Shown: positions 35,825 through 46,800 of the stretch, piece by piece | Layout of the letters: every line of letters starts with the position of its first letter | How positions within the stretch are numbered: position 1 is the stretch's first letter | Source: a virus | DNA length: 64,000 nt | IMG/VR virus record: IMGVR_UViG_3300028384_000991 | Location: 92,564 to 156,563 of that record | Strand: one strand, 5' to 3' | Program-made: the position numbers and the translations under genes | The notes under the pieces: generated by a model | What the model was told of the DNA's origin: nothing | The model's database searches: none | Seen by the model: the letters and a program-made list of their open reading frames with translations, nothing else

Positions 35825-36514
35825 TTAAAGAGGATTTGTAATGGTACCAACGTCGATGTTTACTTCTGCAATGCTACTATCGTCCTGTAAGCCAGGCTGT
35901 GAAATAGTGCCTAAATTAACATCAGTTGCGCCTGCTAAGAATTCAATAATACTTGAAGTATCACCTGTGATTGTTGAAAAGTTGAAACCGTAAATATCAC
36001 GAACATCTATATTGTGTACTAAACTTTCAATGTTTCTTACATTTCTTATAGTATTGCCTTGTCCGTCTAATGTTCCACCTAATTGTGGTGTAGCGTCTGT
36101 AGAAAGTTCTGTAACAGAATTAATTGTAATACCACTTGCACCGTTGGTTTGTGTACTTGCATTAGTACCGCCGGAAATAGTAAATGTATCACCTTCTGCA
36201 AGTGTAATGTTTCCAGCGTCAGTTGCTACTGTTAATTGCTGTAATCCGCCTACACTTGAAATAATTACACCGTCGGCATTTGAAGATACTGTAACATTGC
36301 CGCCAGCAACAATTTTTTTGAAACGTAAATCAAAACCTACTTTTTCTTTGAATACACCTTCCCCTGTGGTTCCAAGGTTTGATGCTGTAGTTTGCTCTGG
36401 GTTACGATTATCAAGTTCTGTAAAGTTATTATTAACTTTAACAAATGCTTCTCTTAGATCGTCACCCGTCCCGTCATTTGCTACACCACCGATATTTACT
36501 AAACTTATTGCCAT
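35825..36514 (-). CDS. Tail/baseplate fibre-like protein with gp9/gp10-like N-terminal motif
   Basis: NIGGVANDGTGDDLREAFVKVNNNFTEL; DATPQLGGTLD. Confidence 0.7.
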   Translation of the reverse strand: MAISLVNIGGVANDGTGDDLREAFVKVNNNFTELDNRNPEQTTASNLGTTGEGVFKEKVGFDLRFKKIVAGGNVTVSSNADGVIISSVGGLQQLTVATDAGNITLAEGDTFTISGGTNASTQTNGASGITINSVTELSTDATPQLGGTLDGQGNTIRNVRNIESLVHNIDVRDIYGFNFSTITGDTSSIIEFLAGATDVNLGTISQPGLQDDSSIAEVNIDVGTITNPL

Positions 36515-36528
36515 ACTAATATTTATCC

Positions 36529-38514
36529 TTATGTAACTGTTATGGTATTCCACATACTTAAATGATTAGCACATTGATACCCATATGATCCTGCACCATC
36601 TATTGCTGTTTCCCAAACAGTTGCGCCACCCTGTGTTGTTATTCCTGTAACCTGATTTGCATCTCCTGTCCCTTGTGTTGTTTTGATACGCAATGGATGA
36701 AGTGCAGAAGTTATGGAATGAACGTAAAATCTTACTATATCTCCGTTATTGAATGCTAAAGTAGGCTGTGCAATATTTTCACCAATTTCACCATTTCTAT
36801 CACTGCCAGTTAAGCGATATTCATTACCGTTATTAAAAAAGTAGATATCAAAAGTTTTACTACCCTCTACTCTTTCTCTGTGTTCGAATACTGTGTCGCC
36901 ATGTAAGGGAAAATATGCTCGTCTATTAGTACCACCCATTACACTGTCTGTATCAGTATAATCATTAGTCAAACTCGTGGTATGTAGATCTTCTTTGGCA
37001 TTTCCAATAACCCAATTTTTAACTTGTGCAGGAGTCCAGTCTGGATGTGCTTGTAACAAACAAGCCATCATACCACACATCTGTGGAGCCGCCATTGAAG
37101 TGCCAGAATATTTTGCTTGACGCCAAGCACTATCTGCAAAATACGTTGATCCTTGATTGTTAGGCTGGGCACTAATTACCTGTCTACCTACAGTGTATAT
37201 TTCTACTGCTGGTCCTGTATCACTGAAGTTGGCTTTCCTACTCCAACTAACCAGACTGCCTTGCGATGTATCAGCCGAGTCAATTGCACCTACTTCAAAT
37301 CCTTCATTTATATCGCCCGTGCTAACGCCTGTGTTTGTTGTATTAAATGTATCGCCCCCTTCAAATGTTGATGGAGATTTTCCTCTGTGATAGTATTGAT
37401 AGTATGTTGTTCCACCTAAATTAAAAGTCAAATAATTGTTGTAATCTGTACCGCCAGGATGATCTATCTTCATATAGTTGTTACCAGCCGCAGTACACAC
37501 ATGAATTCCATTGTTGATTAACTGTTCTACGTCAGCATCAATTGATGCATACTTTCTACCAAACAAATAATATCCTGCACCTATATCTGGTCTGGACGAT
37601 CCAACAACACCATACTGTGTGAGATTTGATCTCACGGTTTCTGTATGAGCAACTCCTCTATGGTTACCACCAGTTACATCATAACCTGTAGAACTTAATA
37701 CAACTTGGTTTGGTGTAACATTTGTTCTTAGAAACCAACTGTATTGGAAACTCATGTTAACCACTGTTGGACGACCAGCATTTGCTCCAGATTTATTGTT
37801 GTGCCATCCAATTAAACAATCAATCATATTGTTCCAAGTGATGTTGTTTCCTGAATTAGAATAAAGAGTGATGTTGTAAATTCTTGCATTCTTGGCCCAG
37901 CCAAAGTTTTTGCCTGCCATTGTGCCTATACAGTGTGTGCCGTGACCATTCACATCTGTGTAGAAGTTTGTGGGTTGTGTGCCTGATACACCTGATTCTG
38001 TAAACCAGTTAATTTGTTGCAGTCTTGAGTTTCCGTCTGCATCTTCCCATTCTGGATGACCCACTTGTATTCCTGTATCAACAATTACCATGTCAACACC
38101 TGTCCCATCAAGTGCATATTTGTAATCTCCCATGCCTGGATCTGATGTAAGACTTTGATATGGGTTATATTCAGATGTGTGTAGTTTTAGTCCCCAGTTA
38201 GCCTGGGCACCACTTGAAGTGCTTGTTCTATTAAAGTCACCAACAAAAGTTGCAGTAGGTGTAGGTTCAGGAATTGTAGTTGGATCTGTTACAGCCATTA
38301 CTCTTGGATCATTTCTAAGAGCAGTTGCTTCTTCGTCTGATAGATGATAGTGTGTGTTTCTATTATTGATAGCACGTTCGTTACAACATTCACATTCTCT
38401 ATCAGGAATGATAGAACTGTCTACAGTTGCGTCTGCTGTTGTGTCATTGATTAGATCGTTGTGTACTTCACGCCAATCAACACCTTTATTTACGGTTACA
38501 ATATATTCTTTCAT
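36529..38514 (-). CDS. Subtilisin-family (S8) serine protease with prodomain and C-terminal cupredoxin-like domain
   Basis: Triad VDTG, HGTH, GTSMAAP; oxyanion AAGN; C-terminal HPL...YQCANHLSM. Confidence 0.88.
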   Translation of the reverse strand: MKEYIVTVNKGVDWREVHNDLINDTTADATVDSSIIPDRECECCNERAINNRNTHYHLSDEEATALRNDPRVMAVTDPTTIPEPTPTATFVGDFNRTSTSSGAQANWGLKLHTSEYNPYQSLTSDPGMGDYKYALDGTGVDMVIVDTGIQVGHPEWEDADGNSRLQQINWFTESGVSGTQPTNFYTDVNGHGTHCIGTMAGKNFGWAKNARIYNITLYSNSGNNITWNNMIDCLIGWHNNKSGANAGRPTVVNMSFQYSWFLRTNVTPNQVVLSSTGYDVTGGNHRGVAHTETVRSNLTQYGVVGSSRPDIGAGYYLFGRKYASIDADVEQLINNGIHVCTAAGNNYMKIDHPGGTDYNNYLTFNLGGTTYYQYYHRGKSPSTFEGGDTFNTTNTGVSTGDINEGFEVGAIDSADTSQGSLVSWSRKANFSDTGPAVEIYTVGRQVISAQPNNQGSTYFADSAWRQAKYSGTSMAAPQMCGMMACLLQAHPDWTPAQVKNWVIGNAKEDLHTTSLTNDYTDTDSVMGGTNRRAYFPLHGDTVFEHRERVEGSKTFDIYFFNNGNEYRLTGSDRNGEIGENIAQPTLAFNNGDIVRFYVHSITSALHPLRIKTTQGTGDANQVTGITTQGGATVWETAIDGAGSYGYQCANHLSMWNTITVT

Positions 38515-38520
38515 CGTACA

Positions 38521-40392
38521 TTACGAGACAATGGCTCTATCACTGACTCTTCTCCAATTTGTTCCATCATAGAAAGCCGGTATAGCACCACCTGTTTCGT
38601 CTGTACAAAATACCATAGCACCTACAGATGACACCAAACTACCTAATTCAGTTACTGTTTTATTAACAAGTTTCATAGGAGCATCGTTAATAATTTCACT
38701 TGTAGGATCAAGTGTAATAGTTGTTGGTGATGAAATAGTATATGTTCCTGTTAGAGTAGAAGGTGCTTGAATTGTTTCTACTTCAATGTTAGTTACTGTT
38801 AGTGTATCCGTTGTGCTGTTGAATGTAAAGTTAGCATCACCAGCAAATGCACCAGAACTGTTAAACTGTACCTGCGTATCAGCACCACCAGGTGTACCAC
38901 TTCCACCACCGCCAGATGCTGTAAATGTAATTGTTTTGTTAGTAGCCGATGTTGTAATCGTCATACCAGTACCAGCAATAAGTTCTACACTGTCTAATGC
39001 ACTCTCAGCACCAATTGTACTTTGTCCTGCGACAGTAAACTGTGCAAAAATATTTTGATCTTCGTTTGGTGAAGTGTTTGTAATTGTAAGTGTATCAGCA
39101 ACAATCTGTGTGCTAATACCACCACTACCGATAATGTTTAATGTATCAGTTGCTGTGTCAGCAGTTGTATTTCCTGTTTCACCTGAGAATGTTGTAAACA
39201 CGTTTTGCGGAGCAGTTGCAGTATCTACATATGCTTTGATAGCACTCTGTGTTACAAGTCTTGTTCCGCTGTTTGCAGTAAATGCACTGTCGTTATCAAT
39301 ACGGTTGACAGTAACAGCATCACCAGCAAAGTTTAAACTTGTTGTAGAAGTTAGTGTTCCTCCACTTAGTGTACTTGTAAAAGTAAAGTCACCAGCACCA
39401 TCTGTCTTTAAAAACTGATTAGCATCACCGTCTGTGATACCAATGTCTGTCAATGTTGTTGGAGAATCTGTAATGCCATATCCTGCCAATGTGGTTGGTG
39501 TATTTTGTACATCTGAAAAGTTTGGTTCGTTAGTTTGATTAACCCAAGTAATTCCATCGTATCCTAAAATTTGTCCGCCTGTTGGATTTGAAACAGAAAG
39601 ATCTGATAAGTCGTTTAATGCATAACTTGGTTTGTTAGTGACGTTATTCCAATCCAAATAGTGTGTACCGTCAAATCCGTCAAGTGTGTCTGCGTTTAGT
39701 CCACTACCACCTGATGCAATATCATCTCCAGGTACCCATCTCAAACCATTCCATTTTAAAACTTGTCCTGTTGATGGTGGAGTAGTTTGTGTATCAACAT
39801 CGATCATATCACTGATGTCATTTGGAATAATTGGTTTGTTGCTTAGATCGTTATAACTTCCGGAAGTTGCTACAGTTGCTAAACTTGGTCTACCAGTTAT
39901 TTCTGAGTATGCTATTGCAGAGTTTACCCAAGCAGTTCCGTTGTATTTTAAATATTGAGAATTTGATGGAGCAGTAAGAGTAACATCAGTTAAACCGTCA
40001 AGTGCAGTAGCACCGCCACCCCCGCCACCTGAGCCAACACCAGTTGCTTCAATAGTTAGTGTGTTTGCTTGATCATTGTATGTAAGATTAATACCAACAC
40101 CAGCAACAAGTAAATTTGCTACACGATCGTCAACACGCTCGTTTGAAAAATAAAGTTTTGTACCTTCAACAATATCGTCTGTATCTTCTGGAATAGTTGG
40201 GGTACCAATTAGGTCAGCATATTGACCACTGAAAGGATTATACGGTACTCCCGCGATTGTTAAACTTGTTGCGGCAATATTACCTGCGCCTACAATACCT
40301 GAGCCAGTTAAGTTAAGGTTATCACCGATGGGTAACTCTTTTAACTTATTACCGTCATCTGTATCTACAATTAGTGGTATTCTATCTGCCAT
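38521..40392 (-). CDS. Tail fibre-like protein
   Basis: Thr/Gly-rich; repeated L.DV....P..GQ.L..G..W units and Y.DL..KP motifs. Confidence 0.7.
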   Translation of the reverse strand: MADRIPLIVDTDDGNKLKELPIGDNLNLTGSGIVGAGNIAATSLTIAGVPYNPFSGQYADLIGTPTIPEDTDDIVEGTKLYFSNERVDDRVANLLVAGVGINLTYNDQANTLTIEATGVGSGGGGGGATALDGLTDVTLTAPSNSQYLKYNGTAWVNSAIAYSEITGRPSLATVATSGSYNDLSNKPIIPNDISDMIDVDTQTTPPSTGQVLKWNGLRWVPGDDIASGGSGLNADTLDGFDGTHYLDWNNVTNKPSYALNDLSDLSVSNPTGGQILGYDGITWVNQTNEPNFSDVQNTPTTLAGYGITDSPTTLTDIGITDGDANQFLKTDGAGDFTFTSTLSGGTLTSTTSLNFAGDAVTVNRIDNDSAFTANSGTRLVTQSAIKAYVDTATAPQNVFTTFSGETGNTTADTATDTLNIIGSGGISTQIVADTLTITNTSPNEDQNIFAQFTVAGQSTIGAESALDSVELIAGTGMTITTSATNKTITFTASGGGGSGTPGGADTQVQFNSSGAFAGDANFTFNSTTDTLTVTNIEVETIQAPSTLTGTYTISSPTTITLDPTSEIINDAPMKLVNKTVTELGSLVSSVGAMVFCTDETGGAIPAFYDGTNWRRVSDRAIVS

Positions 40393-40413
40393 TATGTTTT
40401 CCTATACTCATAT

Positions 40414-40866
40414 TTATAACGCCGCTATCCTTGCTTGGAAGTCAGCAAAATCTGCACTTGAGGCTACGACTGTTTTTAAAACGCTTAGTTTGACGTATCC
40501 TGGTATTGTTGCATTTACACCATCTACTAACAATGTGCTATCGTCTGCAAATACACTACCTACAATATCGCCAGTAACAGGTCCAACTACACTTCCTGTG
40601 TGTGTTCCTACAGTGTCATTGTTAAGGGTTCCACTTATTACTGAAGCAGGAATGATTCCATTGACTGCATCAACAAGTAAAGTACTGTCATCTGCAAAAA
40701 TACTTCCTTTGGTATCTTGTACTTGTGCAACAGTTCCATCTTCGAGTACAGCAACTTTTCCGTATAGTTCTGTAAAGTTATCGTTAACTTTTCCAAATGC
40801 TGTGCGGATTGGATCACCATCTCCTTTGTTAGCACTCGATCCAATGTTTATAATTCTCTGTGCCAT
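40414..40866 (-). CDS. Short fibre/baseplate protein
   Basis: INIGSSANKGDGDPIRTAFGKVNDNFTEL; two GS.FADDSTLLVD repeats. Confidence 0.7.
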   Translation of the reverse strand: MAQRIINIGSSANKGDGDPIRTAFGKVNDNFTELYGKVAVLEDGTVAQVQDTKGSIFADDSTLLVDAVNGIIPASVISGTLNNDTVGTHTGSVVGPVTGDIVGSVFADDSTLLVDGVNATIPGYVKLSVLKTVVASSADFADFQARIAAL

Positions 40867-43800
40867 TATACTCTCCCTACTACCGCTTCAATTGTGCCAT
40901 AGCCGGGATCCTCCTTGGCTTGCAATGCTTTACCTATTACAGTTCCTACTTTAGGATCTTGGCTTGCAATAGCATAACCTGGTACACTTGCTGTTACAAG
41001 CATATCACCTTTGCGTACTACGCCAACTACATTTACAGGAACTCTACCCTGTAATGCAATCGCTGTAACATGATCGCCCTCTGCACCTGCGTTCATTAAA
41101 TAACCTGGTTTCTCTGAAACAACACCTGCTACCCTTGTGTCATCTTTCATAGAAGTAACAGTTACTTCTTGTTCACCACCAAATATTAATACACTACCAA
41201 TTTCATAATCTGCATCTGCAAGATAGTTCTCTGCCAAGTCAGCGTATAATGCTGTGTTTGCTTGAGCACTTGTTGAAATTGCATAAACATTTTGGAAACG
41301 TTTTAGTGTACTACCTAAATCATAAACATCAGTTTCACCTGGTAACATTGTTGTATCAGTTACAACAAGTCTTGCTGTGCCACCTGTAACAAAACCAATT
41401 TGGTCTGCGGATGTAAATCCAGTGTTTGCACCAATACCAATACCAGTTGAACTATTATCACCTTCGCCTGGTGCTTCAACAAATGAAGTATAAGTCCAGT
41501 CAGCGGCTATATAGTTTTCACCAGCCAATGCACTGTTATTTTGGAATGTGCTTTCTGCGGACTTGGCATTACCTATGTTTAGGTTACCAATCATATTATT
41601 GTTAGTAGTGCCACCGCCTGTTGTTTGTGAACTTAAGAATAGTGTTGTACTTGGGTTTGTAAAGTTAACAGTTGTACCCGAAGTATCAATAATTCTTGCA
41701 CTGTCAACTTCTAATGCTTGAACATTAATTGAACCATCTGTATGTGTTTTAACAATAGCACTTGGAGCACCAATTGTAGTAAATGTACCGCCACTTTCAA
41801 CAATAGTTGAGAATGGAATTGCACTTACATCACCTGTTGCACTATCGCCTTGTGCTCTACCAATTACACTGTCATCTGGAATGTTTGCTAATTTTTCAAT
41901 TGGTAGTTGACCATCGTCAATGCTAATAAAGCCGTTGTTGCTACTAAACACAACACTATCAAATACTGCAAGACCTAAGTTACCTTGTGTAATTCCTGCC
42001 GCTGTTGCTCTTACACCAGCCGCCTGCATATTAAGTTTGCTTTGTGCAATTTGTGCACCAGCGTTAACATCTGCGTTTACAATACTGCCGTCGGCAATAC
42101 CTGTTGCTACAGTTTTATCTGCGGCGTTATATGTAAACTCAAAGTAACCTGTTGGTGTAGCAGTGTCCCAATTAGAACCTGTCCAAATAATAATATCATT
42201 ATTATCTCTGGTACCATTTGCACCAGTACCATACATTAGAGAATCACCAAATGGTGTTCTACCATCTACATAACGTTTGTTAGTAGCATCAAATGGATCA
42301 CCTGGATCTCCTAATGCTGTTAGATTATTGTTACTGAAACTAATGTTTGCAGTTGGTGAAGTTGAACCGTCTCTTGCAATAAATCCAGCACCAATTGGAT
42401 TTGTTACTGCTTGTGAAGTTTCATCAATTCCTAAACGTCTATTGATATAACCACGTACTGCTGATTCAGTTGGTACACTGTCAACAGCATTATCCGTCAT
42501 ACCATCATCACTTGAGAATTCAGTAATAACAACACCACGTTTAAATCCAATACCGTCCAAGTTACTCAATGCAATACTTGCCGCAAATGTAACTCGTCCT
42601 GTACCTTGGTCAACTGTAAAGAATCTACCTACACGGAAGAAACCATCTTGGTCGGTTGATACATAGAACACTCTACCTTTGTCACGCTCTTGTACTTCAT
42701 TTGCCTGTTGTGGTTCTTGTGGTGCACCAAAAATCTTACTTGGATAGTTAGAAGTATTAAATCCTCCTGATCCAATATCATTGAAGTCGTGTCCAGTTGC
42801 TCTTGCTACAGAAATATTAACAGTAAGTCCTGCATTTTCTCCGTTGGCTAATCCAACACGTAAAGTAATTGCATCTGTTGATGATACCGGTGTGTTCAAT
42901 CCTGCCGCAACGATTGTATCGCCTAATGCCGCATCGTTAATATCACTAACATCTTCAATGGTAATTAAACCATAATCTGCTTTTTGTGAATAACTTAAAA
43001 TTCTATGTGTCTTACCATCCCAAGCAAACAACATATCACCATTGTTAAGTCTATTGATTTCTGATTGTTCAGTAAGTGTTGTAATAGCAATTACAGTATC
43101 GCCTGCTGTAGCACCCTGTGTGCCGCTTGGTGCATATGTAGTATCTGAAACATAATCTTGGTTAACAATCATTCTAATGTAATCGTAATTAGAATCAAAT
43201 GTTACCAACTGTTGATTAGCACCTGGTAGTGCTTGACCCACTGCATCGGTTCCATTAAATGCAATAGTTCTATATGTAAAGTCATCTTGCTCGTCAAACA
43301 CAATAGCAGTTGATGGTCTAATAACTGCTGTTTCTTCAAGGTTATCAAACACAAAGTTTTGTAATTGTCTAATAATAACTTTTTGGTTATTTGAAAGTGC
43401 TAATGCTAAACCATCATTACCTGAAATGTTTAGTTTGTAAATGTTACCATTTCGTGAAGCACCTGCTACAGGAGTTTCACTTGTAGTCTGAATACTTGCT
43501 ACTTCGTATCTTACAATACCTGTTGAGCCACCGTGGTCAATTTCAATTTCTGAAATGTTTGTTGGAATATAATCAACATCGTATACATAAACAATATTCT
43601 TGCCTGCTTCGTTGATAATACCTGCGCCATCATCATATACACGAGCAGTCTGTACCATCTTCTCAACAAGAGTGATTTGGTCAATAACTTCGTTTGGATC
43701 TGAACCTGCCGCAACCAAACCATAGTTACCATTTGAGTTAGAACCGTTTAGTGATCTAATCTGCGAACCATTGTTTGCCATGTATGCCGCATGACAGTAA

Positions 43801-46800
43801 TACGTGAACGTTGATACTTGTTCTGTAAGTGCGCCGTTGTTAACAACAATACCGTAACCTAAATCGTTAACCTGTGTATAGTCGTTTGCCAACATTGAAG
43901 TGTTACCAGCACTTTGTAGTACAATATCTGTAAAGTCTGCAAATTGGAAACCTGCTCCATCACCCGATGTTGGATTTAGAAATAGTGTTGCAGTACCTGC
44001 CGCTTGGTCATAGTTTGTAACAGCATCAACTTGATAACGCACACCTTGAATATAAAACGGACATGGTGTTTCTGGACGACGTTGTCTTAGTCCACTACCA
44101 ACACCACTTGATACGTTTAGTGTAAATGCATCATCTTTGCTAACAACAGTCATTGTTAGGTTAGATGTAAAGTTATCAATGTACATACCACCTGCGAATA
44201 CTTGTTTGTTTTGTGATTTACTAAACGATCCACAAACCTGTACGTAAGGCGATTTAATTAGAATCTGTCCATCTGGGTCAAGTACTTGAGCAAAACCACC
44301 GTGACCTTGCATTGTAACGTTCATGATTCTGTTTGAATCGTTCATCATGAACACATCAATTTCGTCGTTGTTCTTAGGTGGATTGTAATTAGTATCAAAT
44401 GCAAATTTAACACAGTCAATCAAGTTGTTGTGGTTAGTTAATGCATTAGATTCTGCTACTGCTTGTGCTGTAGTATTCTGTGTTACAGTTGATTGTCTAC
44501 TATCTGCAAATGCTGTTTTTGCTAATACTGCCGCACCAATTGTTTTAATGTAGTTGATTGCATCAGCAGTTTCTGTTTCTTGTCCACTAACCGCGCCTTT
44601 GTAATATGCCGCTTGGTTTGCAAGTGAACTTACTCTGCCACCATCGGTTAAGTCGCTTACTAATCCATCAACAATTAGTCCTGTATCTCTACGACACTTG
44701 CTTTCGTTGTATGTAAGTACAGGATAAGTTGCATTGATATATGCAATAGTTTCTTCAACAATAAATTCTTTGTTTAATTGAATCAACTCAGCGGCATTTG
44801 GAAATTCTCCAGGATTATCAGAACCACTTGATCCTTGGTTAACTGCTTTGGTAGGATCAACAGTATAATGATAACCGTAACGTGGATCTACCAAGTCAGG
44901 TAAGTTTCCTAAGCCGTTATTGATAACATCAATAATGTTGTTCATTAGTGTTGTTGCACGAGTATCTGTACCAGTTTCAAATGCACTTAAACCTGTTGTT
45001 TGGCTTGTTACAGTTTGTAATGGTGTGTATGCGGCCTGTGGTAAAATTGTGTTTACTACGAGGTCTCTTGTAAATGCATTCGCGGCCGCTGTTTGTGCTT
45101 CTTGTCCGTTAATTAGACTTTGTGTACCTACATAATACTTCGCCGCATTTTCATAAGTTTTAGCATTACCATTGTATTTGATATCGTGTGCAATACCATC
45201 GAGAATAATTCCTACATCTCGTTCACACTTTGCTTCGTTGTATGTGAAACCATCCCAAATGCTACCAGGTGTTGCACCTGCAATTTCGTTTGTAATAAAT
45301 TGAATTGTTTCGTCTTTGATGAATTCTTTGTTTTGCTGAATCAATGCTACAGCATTAGGATTATTAGTAGGTAATAATTCTAACCCATCAAAGTTTGCAT
45401 CTCTGTAGAAGTATGTGTTAATCCATTTTGATTGTGATGCTCTACGTGCCGGACGAATCTGACAACGTCTAAAGTCCGTGCCTTTGATAGAACAGTTTGC
45501 TGGTAACTTGATTGGGAAGTCTTCGTAGTAGATACCCGATTCTACGTGAATACAAATTTGTGTTGTATTTGTAAAGTTACCGTATTCAAATCTTTCTTCA
45601 TTTACAAATGTCTTTGGCTCAATTAATTGAACACGAATTGTATCTTCGTTTGCACCACGTGTGTATTTTACAATTCTACCCAATGCTCCTGATGTTTTAC
45701 CTCTTAAAATTTTACCTGGTAAAATATCAACATTGTTTGGAGCGCCTTGGTCAACATATCCTGCACCGCCGTTTTCAACAACCAATGTTACAGTTGAACC
45801 TTCAATCAATGTAGTTGTATCAAGTGTACCTAATCCGTTTTCAATAATGTTTGTTGAAATGTCAATTTTAGAAAGCACTGCATTTCTTACAGTAGATGTA
45901 ACTGTTTGATTAGTGTCAATAACTTGTGTAATACCATCTGTATTTCTTACAGGAGCAACAGTACCGTTCTGTAAAATAATATTAATAATTGTTTTACCGT
46001 AGTTGATACCAGCAAGTGTTTCGCTTAACTGTGTAGTTCTTGCAATTTGTCCCGATACTGAACTGTAATATCTTTTACCTACTTGGATTGCATGGAAGTT
46101 TGCATTAAGACCGTTTTCGATATCAATTGCAAGACCGTCAACAATGTATCCCATATCTCTTTCACAAATAGATTCATTGTATTGAAAATCTGGATATGTT
46201 TGATTAATATACGCAACAATTTCTTTTTGAATAAATGCTTTGTTTGCTCTTAGCAGTGTTGCCGCAGGTACACCATCTGTGTGTTCAGATGTAATGCTTT
46301 GTGAATTAATTACTGAGTCGGCAGAGCCATCACCATACGTAACTGTTTGTACATATGCACCTGGTTCAAGTGGAGCAGTTAAAATAAGTTCTTCTGCTTT
46401 TTCACAAGCCTTAGCAACAGTTTTATAAGCAAATTGTAACGAACGTCCTTCTTTACCTACTGGTGAAAATTCCTGTGAGTCGTCTCCATTTGTTCTAACA
46501 TATAAATCAACAATGGAAGTAAAACTTGAATTGTCTACATAAAATTTAGAAGCCGCCTGTAAATCATCTACATCATTTGGTGTCCCACTGCCTGCAAGGT
46601 TACCTGGATGGTCATGCAAGTAAAGTGGACCTGTCATGTCATCACCCTGTCTACGTACAGTAGCACTTCTTGGTAATGCTTCTGTGCTTAGGTATGAACC
46701 GTATAACGCACTGTTGTAATCATTGTCAACTAAAGTATGATCGCCTCCAGGATTACCTGAAGCGCCTTGGTTTGCACTAATTTTATTTGTGTTTGCAATA

